36,295 nt of DNA from IMG/VR virus record IMGVR_UViG_3300045988_177189, positions 1-36,295 of that record; one strand, given 5' to 3'. The notes under the pieces are model-generated. The model ran no database searches and was not told the DNA's origin. It worked only from the letters and a program-made list of their open reading frames with translations. The position numbers were made by a program, and so were the translations under genes. Origin of the DNA: a virus. The number at the start of each line of letters is the position of its first letter. Position 1 is the first letter of the stretch. Shown here piece after piece: positions 25,276 through 32,376 of the stretch.

Positions 25276-26391
25276 ATGGAAATCAAACAAAACTTTTTAG
25301 TAAACAATGAATGTTATAAAGCAGGCAGAACTATTAAAGTTACAAAGTTAATGGTTCACTCTACTGCGTGTCCTAATGTGTCTGCTGCTGGTTTTGCAAA
25401 AGCATGGAATACTCCAAGACCTGCTGGTAGACAAGTATGTGTTCATGCTTTTGTAGATGATAAAGAGGATATTCAAACTTTGCCATGGAATTATAGAGGT
25501 TGGCACTGCGGTGGTTCAGGTAATGATAATATGATTGGTGTTGAAATGTGTGAACCTGCTGATTATTCAGATAAAGCGTATTTTGATGCTGCTATTAAAA
25601 ATATGATTGAGTTATATGCTTATTTATGTAAAGAGTATGGATTAACTGCTAATGACATTATTTCACATAAAGAAGGTCATTCACAGGGTGTTGCTTCTAA
25701 TCATGGTGATCCTGATCACTGGTGGAAGTTCGTAGGATACACAATGAATGATTTTAGAGCTGATGTTACTGACTGCATTGCAAATGGTAATGTAAATGTT
25801 AGTTATGGCAACACTGTAAAACCTACTAAACCACAAACCAGTGAAGGATATACAACTGGTAAGACTTATACATTACAAACTGAACTGAAAGTTAGAACAG
25901 GAGCTGGTACAAACTATAGAGCTAAATCTCACAGTGAATTAACTGTAGACGGTAGAAAACATGATGCTGATGGAGATGGGGCTTTAGATAAAGGTACTAG
26001 AGTTTCATGCTTAGAAGTTGCAAAAAACGGTGATGATATTTGGATCAGAACACCATCAGGATGGTTAGCAGCTTATTACAATGGAAATAGATATATCTCT
26101 AGTGAAGCTGTTTCTAATGGTTCTTCTACAAGCCAAAATAAGCCCTCTAATGCATCAAAATCACTAGGAACATATGAAGTAACTGCCAATGATTTAAGTG
26201 TTCGTACTGGTCCTGGAGAAAATTATAGAAGAAAAACATATAATGAATTAACAGTTGATGCAAAAAAACATGATTATGATAAAGATGGATGTCTAAACAA
26301 GGGTACGCGTGTTACTGTAAAGGAATGGAAAAACGGATTTGCTCGTATTCCTAGCGGATGGGTAAGTGGCGATTATCTGAAAAAGGTATAG
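25276..26391 (+). CDS. endolysin: N-acetylmuramoyl-L-alanine amidase-type catalytic domain plus two SH3-like wall-binding repeats
   Basis: The N-terminus has MVHSTAC...WHCGG...GVEMCEP...SHKEGH...HGDPDHWW, which looks like Amidase_2. Two ~70-aa repeats follow (L.VRTG.G.NYR.K...ELTVD..KHD.D.DG.L.KGTRV...PSGW). The gene lies after the holin. Confidence 0.9.
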   Translation: MEIKQNFLVNNECYKAGRTIKVTKLMVHSTACPNVSAAGFAKAWNTPRPAGRQVCVHAFVDDKEDIQTLPWNYRGWHCGGSGNDNMIGVEMCEPADYSDKAYFDAAIKNMIELYAYLCKEYGLTANDIISHKEGHSQGVASNHGDPDHWWKFVGYTMNDFRADVTDCIANGNVNVSYGNTVKPTKPQTSEGYTTGKTYTLQTELKVRTGAGTNYRAKSHSELTVDGRKHDADGDGALDKGTRVSCLEVAKNGDDIWIRTPSGWLAAYYNGNRYISSEAVSNGSSTSQNKPSNASKSLGTYEVTANDLSVRTGPGENYRRKTYNELTVDAKKHDYDKDGCLNKGTRVTVKEWKNGFARIPSGWVSGDYLKKV

Positions 26392-26393
26392 TA

Positions 26394-26630
26394 ATGAAAC
26401 GTATAGAAGTATCTGTTTTAGCCGCTCTAGCGCTATTATCATTATTACTAGGAATTGCCCTAGTACAAGAAAAACAAGTATCCAGTAATCTAAAAACCAA
26501 TCTAGAATTAACAAAGCAGGAACTCTATGATGCTAGAGATGATAGAGATTATTATCAAGGAGAGTATAAAAAATATTTTGAACTGTCCGAGGAACTACAA
26601 AATCAAATGGGAGTTTATGCTTATGAATAA
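26394..26630 (+). CDS. membrane-anchored coiled-coil protein (78 aa), lysis-associated by position
   Basis: ATG 26394. The N-terminal transmembrane segment is VSVLAALALLSLLLGIALV. Confidence 0.5.
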   Translation: MKRIEVSVLAALALLSLLLGIALVQEKQVSSNLKTNLELTKQELYDARDDRDYYQGEYKKYFELSEELQNQMGVYAYE

Positions 26631-26805
26631 AGTTTATCTAAAACACGATGCTGAAGATATTCAGGGGAACTGTTTAAACACAAGGATAGAGTATACCCTT
26701 TTGTATATGGGGCTATCTCATAGTATTATTAATAATGGGTATCGTGATATACATGTAAATAATAAATACATAAAATTCAAGCCTAGGTCACACATATTGA
26801 TCTAG
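26623..26805 (+). CDS. hypothetical protein (60 aa)
   Basis: ATG 26623 overlaps the preceding stop. This is the internal start of track ORF 26527..26805. Confidence 0.4.
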   Translation: MNKVYLKHDAEDIQGNCLNTRIEYTLLYMGLSHSIINNGYRDIHVNNKYIKFKPRSHILI

Positions 26806-26814
26806 GCTTTTTTG
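26779..26814 (+). terminator. rho-independent terminator at the end of the late operon
   Basis: AAGCCTAG / CTAGGCTT stem followed by TTTTTT. Confidence 0.7.
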
Positions 26815-26821
26815 TATAAAG

Positions 26822-26886
26822 AAAAACACAGTGACATGGGAATGAACACTGTGTTTTTAGCATAATTTTGGGATGCGTACTATGCT
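26822..26886 (-). ncRNA. candidate sRNA unit 0 (two hairpins with UCCC-containing loops; terminal hairpin with flanking U-run)
   Basis: A 12-bp perfect stem spans 26822-26858, with minus-strand loop UUCAUUCCCAUGU. A second hairpin AGCATA/TATGCT spans 26859-26886, with minus-strand loop containing CAUCCCAAA. The strand assignment is inferred. Confidence 0.3.
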
Positions 26887-26931
26887 TAATAAAAGTATAT
26901 AATAATAAGTAGTTATTTTCAATAAACTTTA

Positions 26932-27051
26932 TATAAAAAGAGCACAAGCCCAAAACGGGAGAGGTGAACTTGTACTCTTTGTATACTTTCGAATATTGTT
27001 AATGGGAGAGGAACAATATTCTATTGTACAAAAATAATATTTGTACGCAAT
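26932..27051 (-). ncRNA. candidate sRNA unit 1 (paralog of unit 2)
   Basis: Hairpin 26937-26980 has loop GGGAGAGG on + (CCUCUCCC on -). Hairpin 26991-27021 has the same loop motif. On the minus strand the terminal stem is followed by UUUUUAUAU. Confidence 0.4.
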
Positions 27052-27097
27052 CTATTCTACTACATTATACAAAATATGCAAATGTATTAAACTTTTA

Positions 27098-27200
27098 AAT
27101 AAAAGAGCACAAGGCTCTACCGAGGAGATATCTTTTTTGTGCTCTTGGTTGGGTATGGCTAAGGGGAAAGGAGGACCATACCCTATTATACAACTATTGG
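27098..27200 (-). ncRNA. candidate sRNA unit 2 (paralog of unit 1)
   Basis: Hairpin 27103-27146 has loop GAGGAGA on +. Hairpin 27151-27183 has loop GGGGAAAGGAGGA on +. The flanks align with unit 1, while the second stem is entirely different yet still complementary. Confidence 0.4.
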
Positions 27201-27325
27201 AATTATAGTGGGGATCAATAATTGTACAATATCAATTATAGTTATTTGTCATTTTTTATCAACTCATATACTTAATACTCAATATTTGATTGAATAAGTA
27301 ATACTTTTTAGTATGGAAAAACATA

Positions 27326-27354
27326 TTGTAAAATATACTTATTTATTATATAGT
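27326..27354 (+). promoter_or_regulatory. sigma-A-like promoter for the ferredoxin gene
   Basis: TTGTAA, 17-nt spacer, TATAGT, located 24 nt upstream of the ATG. Confidence 0.45.
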
Positions 27355-27377
27355 AAACACGTAAAGGAGGATTTACA

Positions 27378-27554
27378 ATGGCTAAAATTACAGTAAATGA
27401 ATCTTGTATTGGGTGTGGAACTTGTGTAGGTGTTGCACCAGATGTTTTTGAAATGAATAATGAGGGGTTATCATCTGTTATTGGTGATGATGTCGATTCA
27501 GCTAAAGAAGCTGCTGAATCTTGCCCTGTAGAAGCAATCGAAGTGGAAGATTAA
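27378..27554 (+). CDS. small [4Fe-4S] single-cluster ferredoxin (58 aa)
   Basis: Hand translation gives MAKITVNESCIGCGTCVGVAPDVFEMNNEGLSSVIGDDVDSAKEAAESCPVEAIEVED, with the CxxCxxC...CP signature. AAAGGAGG lies 7 nt upstream. It is below the ORF-track cutoff. Confidence 0.85.
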   Translation: MAKITVNESCIGCGTCVGVAPDVFEMNNEGLSSVIGDDVDSAKEAAESCPVEAIEVED

Positions 27555-27639
27555 TCAAAAAAATAGAGAGTTATAGTGATAAAGGAGTGTTCGATTAGAG
27601 CGCTCCTTTAAGCATTGTAGCTATTAGTAACTTACATAT

Positions 27640-27819
27640 TTATTCTAGATAACTTGTGGTATGGCTTATAATTCTTTTTTGTTTTTCAATATCATGCTTG
27701 CAATTAATGATCATTTCATCTTTATTTGGTATGTCAGATATTTCTAAAAGTTTCAGTTTTTCTTCTAATGCTGTTAATTTTGTTTTTGCCTCTTGCAGTT
27801 TTCTGTCTTTTAAATTCAT
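27640..27819 (-). CDS. small coiled-coil protein (59 aa)
   Basis: The internal ATG lies 6 nt after GAGGTG. The product starts MNLKDRKLQEAKTKLTALEEKLKLLE. Confidence 0.5.
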   Translation of the reverse strand: MNLKDRKLQEAKTKLTALEEKLKLLEISDIPNKDEMIINCKHDIEKQKRIISHTTSYLE

Positions 27820-27999
27820 ATTTAACACCTCATTAGTATTATAATAAAAAAAGCAATAAATGCTCAAGATTGTGTTGAATAAAAGTGTTTTGTACACTAA
27901 GATACTAAAGGAGGTTATATAGATATGTCAAAGAACAATACATTTTTTAGAAAAAATACAAATACTTTTTTTAAAGTTTAGTATTTAAATATAAATATC

Positions 28000-28024
28000 A
28001 ACTGCTAAATTACTGCTAAAAATT
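28000..28024. repeat. AACTGCTAAATTACTGCTAAAAATT: paired CTGCTAAA octamers, site 1
   Basis: Two CTGCTAAA copies 11 bp apart. The same 25-mer with one mismatch recurs 210 bp downstream. Confidence 0.75.
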
Positions 28025-28209
28025 AAATATAAATAAAAAAATGGCTCTAAAATGCTAGTTATAGAGGACGGTATATAACCGTATGGGTTAGTAAATTAAA
28101 GAAATTTAGGTATATCATAACTATATTGCAGCTATGTTATACCTTTTTTCTTTATTTCCTAAAAAATCATCAATTATGTAGTAGGTATAGCACAGCTATG
28201 TATTTGCTT

Positions 28210-28234
28210 AACTGCTAAATTCCTGCTAAAAATT
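28210..28234. repeat. AACTGCTAAATTCCTGCTAAAAATT: paired CTGCTAAA octamers, site 2
   Basis: See site 1. Lies next to the integrase 3' end, in the likely attP arm region. Confidence 0.75.
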
Positions 28235-28249
28235 TAATTATTGGTTTAT

Positions 28250-28280
28250 AAAAATCCTAAGTTGCATACTTAGGATTTTT
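28250..28280 (-). terminator. integrase terminator (bidirectional hairpin)
   Basis: 13-bp perfect stem AAAAATCCTAAGT / ACTTAGGATTTTT. It overlaps the int stop codon. Confidence 0.75.
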
Positions 28281-29376
28281 ATGAATACACATTATTAACA
28301 ACATTGTTTAGATTTTCGTTTTCCAAGGATGTATAAACATCCAGTGTAGTCTGATAACTTTCATGTCTTAATAGCCTTTGTGCAATTTTTACATCTACTT
28401 TATTTTCCCACAATCTTGTAGCAAAAGTATGCCTGAACATATGGCTGCTTATATGAACCCCTGTACGTTTGCTATATCGTTCTAAAAAGGTTTTTACAGT
28501 CTGTGGATCTAATAAGTTCATATCGTTGTCGGGAGCAACTAAATTGCTTTCATTTTCAGCAAACCATGCTTTTAAAATTGGAACAAGTAGTGAAGGCAAT
28601 GGAACAATCGCACAGGATGCGGGAGTTTTTGTCTCTTTAATCTCAAGTTCTTTTGTTTCGTTGTTTTTAAATATATTTTTGGTAATCATTACTCTTTCAT
28701 TTTCAAAATCTACATCATTTTTTTCAAGCGCTAGAGCTTCACTTAGTCTTAATCCCATATAATATCCAAGCATAAACACGATTTTATATGAGCGGTATCT
28801 GATAGACCTGTTTTTATCAACAACGATTAGAAGCTCTTTAAATTCATTTTCAGCAACTGTTTTTTTCTTAAACAAATCATTTTTGGCTTTGCCGGTTATT
28901 TTTAACCGCGCATATGGCAGACGGTCTATATAATTACGATTATAGGCAAATTTAAACACTCCGCTAAATACCTTCACTATATTTTCAACTGTACTTTTGG
29001 AAAGCTCCTTTCCTTTTTCTGCAACAAAATTCTGAATTATGGTGTAATCAAGAAGTGTAATATCAGCATCCTCAAACTGTGGTCGTATATGTTTATTATA
29101 ATATGAACTGCGAATCTGTTTTGTAGTCACTGAAGTGTGGGGATCAGTTTCTATATATTCCTCCCAGACATCGCCAAACGTTTTTTTAATATTTATCAAC
29201 GATCCATCAACTATTTTAGAATATATAAGTCTTTCATGATTTTGTGCATCTGTTTTTTTAACAAAGCCACTCTTTGAATAATGCTGAGGTCTTCCATATT
29301 TATCTTTATAATCGAAATAAACTCTATATGTAACTCCTTTTTTTGCTTTTTTTGATTTTACTTCTCTAATTGACAT
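28279..29376 (-). CDS. int: tyrosine integrase
   Basis: Contains GLRLSEALALEKNDV, HMFRHTFATRL and LLRHESYQTTLDVYTS. The N-terminal arm-binding-like region is KKGVTYRVYFDYKDKYGRPQ. Confidence 0.95.
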   Translation of the reverse strand: MSIREVKSKKAKKGVTYRVYFDYKDKYGRPQHYSKSGFVKKTDAQNHERLIYSKIVDGSLINIKKTFGDVWEEYIETDPHTSVTTKQIRSSYYNKHIRPQFEDADITLLDYTIIQNFVAEKGKELSKSTVENIVKVFSGVFKFAYNRNYIDRLPYARLKITGKAKNDLFKKKTVAENEFKELLIVVDKNRSIRYRSYKIVFMLGYYMGLRLSEALALEKNDVDFENERVMITKNIFKNNETKELEIKETKTPASCAIVPLPSLLVPILKAWFAENESNLVAPDNDMNLLDPQTVKTFLERYSKRTGVHISSHMFRHTFATRLWENKVDVKIAQRLLRHESYQTTLDVYTSLENENLNNVVNNVYS

Positions 29377-29494
29377 TTAAAACAACTCCTTTATTTGATA
29401 TAATAGGAGCATAGTTATAACAGTGTGTAATTGGAATAATTCCGTTATAACTATACTGCAAGACTGCCTTTTGCTAGGCGGTCTTTTGATTTGT

Positions 29495-30202
29495 TTAATT
29501 AATAGTTACATTAGTAACTGTTGGATTAACATCAGGGTTGCCATCCCAGTTATATGTCACGATAAAATTACTTCTAATTTGTGCACCAAAACTATTTTCA
29601 GCATCCACCCATGATGATACAGTGTATACAGTACCATTTTTGTTAATCACCCATTCATCTGCTTCCATAATTTTGCCGGGAAATTCAGCAGTTGAGGGTG
29701 CTTTCAGATTTGCTTTTACGTCTTTTTCAGCTTGATATTTAAGTGTAGCTTTCTCTTCACTTGTAAGAATTCTATCTTTTACTTGCTGTATTGCTTGACC
29801 ATCTTTATAGAATTCAATTGTACCACTCGAAAATCCAGTTACGTTAGCATCACTGGTTATAACAACATTAAATAAATAGTCTTCATATTCAATTGAAAAC
29901 ATGCTATTAGTATCATTGTTTTCAAATTTTTTAATATTCATGTCGTCTGTTTTCATACCTATAGCATCACACGCATTAAATAAACTGTTTATAATAGAAA
30001 CGTCCACTTTATATTTTTTTGCCAGTTCTTCTTGTAAAGTTATTTTTGTATCTTTTGTTTTGCTTTGATTACTTGTTTTTTTATCTTTATCACCACCACC
30101 GGCAGCTAGTCCAATAATCATTAAAACAACAACTATTACAATACCTTTTTGCAGTTTCCCCTTTCCCCAGAAATTTTTTAATTTTTCAATCAGTTTTTTC
30201 AT
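29495..30202 (-). CDS. membrane-anchored surface protein of the lysogeny module (possible superinfection exclusion)
   Basis: The second ATG lies 8 nt after AAGGGAG. It has an N-terminal transmembrane segment, a Lys/Thr-rich linker, and a C-terminal LKAPSTAEFPG...VSSWVDAENSFGAQIRSNF domain. Confidence 0.65.
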   Translation of the reverse strand: MKKLIEKLKNFWGKGKLQKGIVIVVVLMIIGLAAGGGDKDKKTSNQSKTKDTKITLQEELAKKYKVDVSIINSLFNACDAIGMKTDDMNIKKFENNDTNSMFSIEYEDYLFNVVITSDANVTGFSSGTIEFYKDGQAIQQVKDRILTSEEKATLKYQAEKDVKANLKAPSTAEFPGKIMEADEWVINKNGTVYTVSSWVDAENSFGAQIRSNFIVTYNWDGNPDVNPTVTNVTIN

Positions 30203-30230
30203 TTTCTTGTCTCCCTTCATAAAAACTGTT

Positions 30231-30249
30231 TGTGATATTATGTATCACA
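30231..30249. promoter_or_regulatory. palindromic operator-like site TGTGATA-N5-TATCACA
   Basis: Read directly, in the divergent region upstream of the HTH gene at 30317. Confidence 0.4.
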
Positions 30250-30316
30250 ATAATATTATAATACATAATTTTACAATTTTTAACGATGAATAAGATATTG
30301 TTAAAATAAACATACT

Positions 30317-30520
30317 ATGTTTATGAAATTAAAAATAAGAGAAGTCAGAAAAAAAAGAAACTTAACGCAGATCCAATTAGCAAAATTGACCGGGATAAGC
30401 AAATCATCTATTAGCCGTTATGAACGTGAAGAGCTCTGGCCGGATATGCTGGAAATGGAATGGATTGCTTTAGCAATGGATGTTAAAATTACAGATCTAT
30501 TTGATTCAGAAGTCAAGTAA
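30317..30520 (+). CDS. XRE-family helix-turn-helix regulator (67 aa)
   Basis: Contains RKKRNLTQIQLAKLTGISKSSISRYE, a classic Cro/CI-type HTH. Confidence 0.8.
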   Translation: MFMKLKIREVRKKRNLTQIQLAKLTGISKSSISRYEREELWPDMLEMEWIALAMDVKITDLFDSEVK

Positions 30521-30634
30521 AATTCGTAAAAACGTAATAAAATTCCCATATATGGGAATTATGCTGTTTTCCCTTTTTTTATTGTGTTTTTAGACATATA
30601 ATTAATTTATGGATAGCAAGGAGAGGGAGGAGTT

Positions 30635-30748
30635 ATGACAGCAAAAATATTATTCTTAAGAAAAATATTTAAAATGTTGGAAGATATGGAATTATTGGAA
30701 ATAAAAAAAGTGTATGCTGTTACAATGCAAATATATTCCAATCACTAA
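30635..30748 (+). CDS. small ORF (37 aa) with an unusually long purine SD
   Basis: GGAGAGGGAGGAG lies 4 nt upstream of the ATG. Hand translation gives MTAKILFLRKIFKMLEDMELLEIKKVYAVTMQIYSNH. Confidence 0.4.
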   Translation: MTAKILFLRKIFKMLEDMELLEIKKVYAVTMQIYSNH

Positions 30749-30749
30749 C

Positions 30750-30791
30750 AAAAAGAGAGGACAAAGTAATTAATCTTTGTCCTCTCTTTTT
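30750..30791. terminator. bidirectional terminator (17-bp stem) between the small ORF and the repressor gene
   Basis: AAAAAGAGAGGACAAAG-TAATTAAT-CTTTGTCCTCTCTTTTT. Confidence 0.7.
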
Positions 30792-31156
30792 TTGTTCTCT
30801 AAATTTTTTGCAAACGTTTGTAAAAAAGATTTTAAATATTTTCTCTCATCAGCACTGGCATTCAGATATGTTTCTATAAGTATACGATCAGTTTCATCAA
30901 GTTTGTAATCATCTACAATCATATCAATTGCCACATCTGGAAACTCAATAAACATTTCTCCAGTACCTTCGGTCAGCCAGAAATAGTCAACATTAAATTC
31001 ACGGCAGATAGCTTTAGCATTTCTTTCGGTTAGAGGTGATAAATTAGATTCAATCCTACTTACAGATGCTTTTGTTAGACCGATCCGCTGTCCGAATTCT
31101 TCCTGACTCATCTTTAGCTTTTTTCTTAATTCCTTCATTCTATCGAATGATTTCAT
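30770..31156 (-). CDS. CI-like prophage repressor (XRE HTH)
   Basis: Contains LRKKLKMSQEEFGQRIGLTKASVSRIE. It is divergent from a consensus promoter. AAAGGAGG serves as the SD. Confidence 0.85.
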   Translation of the reverse strand: MKSFDRMKELRKKLKMSQEEFGQRIGLTKASVSRIESNLSPLTERNAKAICREFNVDYFWLTEGTGEMFIEFPDVAIDMIVDDYKLDETDRILIETYLNASADERKYLKSFLQTFAKNLENKKREDKD

Positions 31157-31216
31157 TATTTTTCCTCCTTTCGTAACAAGTATATATCAAAAAGTTAAAA
31201 AACGCAACAAAAACAA

Positions 31217-31245
31217 TTGACAAAGTTACATTACGCAAATATAAT
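31217..31245 (+). promoter_or_regulatory. early rightward promoter (consensus TTGACA-17-TATAAT) with flanking operator repeats
   Basis: Exact -35 and -10 hexamers. AGTTACATTA is repeated at 31224-31233 and 31255-31264. The second copy lies within the palindrome GTTACATTAAGTAAC. Confidence 0.7.
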
Positions 31246-31277
31246 AATGATGTAAGTTACATTAAGTAACAAATGTG

Positions 31278-31348
31278 GTTGATATTTGAAACCTGTATAT
31301 CATTACCCCTCTCCCTATTAAAATGGTATACAGGTTTGAGGGATCAAC
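31278..31348 (+). promoter_or_regulatory. long 5'-leader stem-loop with a CCCCUCUCCC loop
   Basis: The outer stem is GTTGAT/ATCAAC and the inner stem is an 11-bp perfect pairing AAACCTGTATA/TATACAGGTTT. The 27-nt loop contains CCCCTCTCCC at 31306-31315. Confidence 0.5.
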
Positions 31349-31368
31349 TCAGGAAAGGAAGTGAAATA

Positions 31369-31524
31369 ATGACGGTAAAAGAATATGAAGAAACACAAAA
31401 AGAAGTGATTGAAATCGCAATGCTTTTAACGGAGTTAAAGAAAAAAGACCCTCAAATTTCAGAGCGTCTTAAATGGATGATAGAAGGGATCAAATTAGCT
31501 ACTTGTTCAAAAAAAGAAAATTAG
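31369..31524 (+). CDS. first early gene, hypothetical (51 aa)
   Basis: The ATG follows AGGAAAGGAAGTG. This is the internal start of track ORF 31273..31524. Confidence 0.5.
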   Translation: MTVKEYEETQKEVIEIAMLLTELKKKDPQISERLKWMIEGIKLATCSKKEN

Positions 31525-31540
31525 AGAGGGGGGACATTAG

Positions 31541-31741
31541 ATGATAAAACATCCGACAAGAGAAGTATTAGAAAGTGGTGGTATTGTTGATGGTGAGGCG
31601 TTTGAATTAATGTTAAAAAATGAATTACAAAGTGAAGTTATTAAGGAACTAAAAGAAATAAATCAGCACCTTATGGATATTAAGGTACTGATGGGGTATA
31701 AAGGTAAATTATATTGTGACTCTAATATTATTGATGATTAA
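31541..31741 (+). CDS. hypothetical protein (66 aa)
   Basis: ORF track entry, with SD GAGAGGGGGG. Confidence 0.55.
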   Translation: MIKHPTREVLESGGIVDGEAFELMLKNELQSEVIKELKEINQHLMDIKVLMGYKGKLYCDSNIIDD

Positions 31742-31900
31742 TAATCGATAATATCAAAATCATTTTCACTAACGAGTGCATATTTATTGTATGTATTTAG
31801 TACCAAATGTTGCTCACGTATTAGCTACTCTTCTGTTGAATTAATGATAGCTAATGCTTCGTTATAAATTGCTTTTAACACTAATATAAAGGAGGACAAA

Positions 31901-32077
31901 ATGGATTTTAAAAAACAACTAACATTAATAGTTGAAACTGATGATGATACTATTTTGGATGATTTAAACAAATTAGCAAATCTATGTGAGGAAGTAAGGA
32001 ATACCTGTTTTACAATCAAAAGAAAAATTAATTGTAAGGCAACTGATGAAAAGAAAAAAGACTATTCAGAAGAATAG
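31901..32077 (+). CDS. hypothetical protein (58 aa)
   Basis: TAAAGGAGGACAAA precedes the ATG. Hand translation starts MDFKKQLTLIVETDDD. Confidence 0.5.
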   Translation: MDFKKQLTLIVETDDDTILDDLNKLANLCEEVRNTCFTIKRKINCKATDEKKKDYSEE

Positions 32078-32085
32078 TCAGCAAA

Positions 32086-32271
32086 TTATTTCAGCTCTTC
32101 AATGATATGTTTTCTGAATTCATCTAATGTGTATCTGAATTGATCAGCTAGATTATGGAGATCATCATATGTAGCAGGAGTGTTATCTTCTTTTGGAAAT
32201 CTACAATCAATTTCTTTTACGAACACATCTAATGATTTTTCTAACTTATTATTAAGCTGTTGGATAGACAT
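32086..32271 (-). CDS. hypothetical protein (61 aa), lone minus-strand gene in the early region
   Basis: GAGGTG lies 8 nt upstream on the minus strand. Confidence 0.55.
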   Translation of the reverse strand: MSIQQLNNKLEKSLDVFVKEIDCRFPKEDNTPATYDDLHNLADQFRYTLDEFRKHIIEELK

Positions 32272-32376
32272 AATATTTTCACCTCGCTTTCATTTGATTA
32301 TCGACATTGCAGTGCCGATAACTAAATTATAGCAAAGGTTAAAAATAAATCAAAAAGTACATGGAGGACTAATTAT

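Noticed and set aside
26293-26514. 73-aa minus-strand ORF across the endolysin 3' end
   Set aside because: It is antisense to two supported + strand genes and has no SD.
29423-29735. Plus-strand ORFs 29423..29614 and 29538..29735
   Set aside because: They are antisense to the well-supported membrane-protein gene (29495-30202) and to the int upstream region. They have no SD.
31825-32019. 64-aa minus-strand ORF
   Set aside because: It overlaps a + strand 58-codon ORF (31901-32077) that has a perfect TAAAGGAGG SD, while the minus ORF has none.
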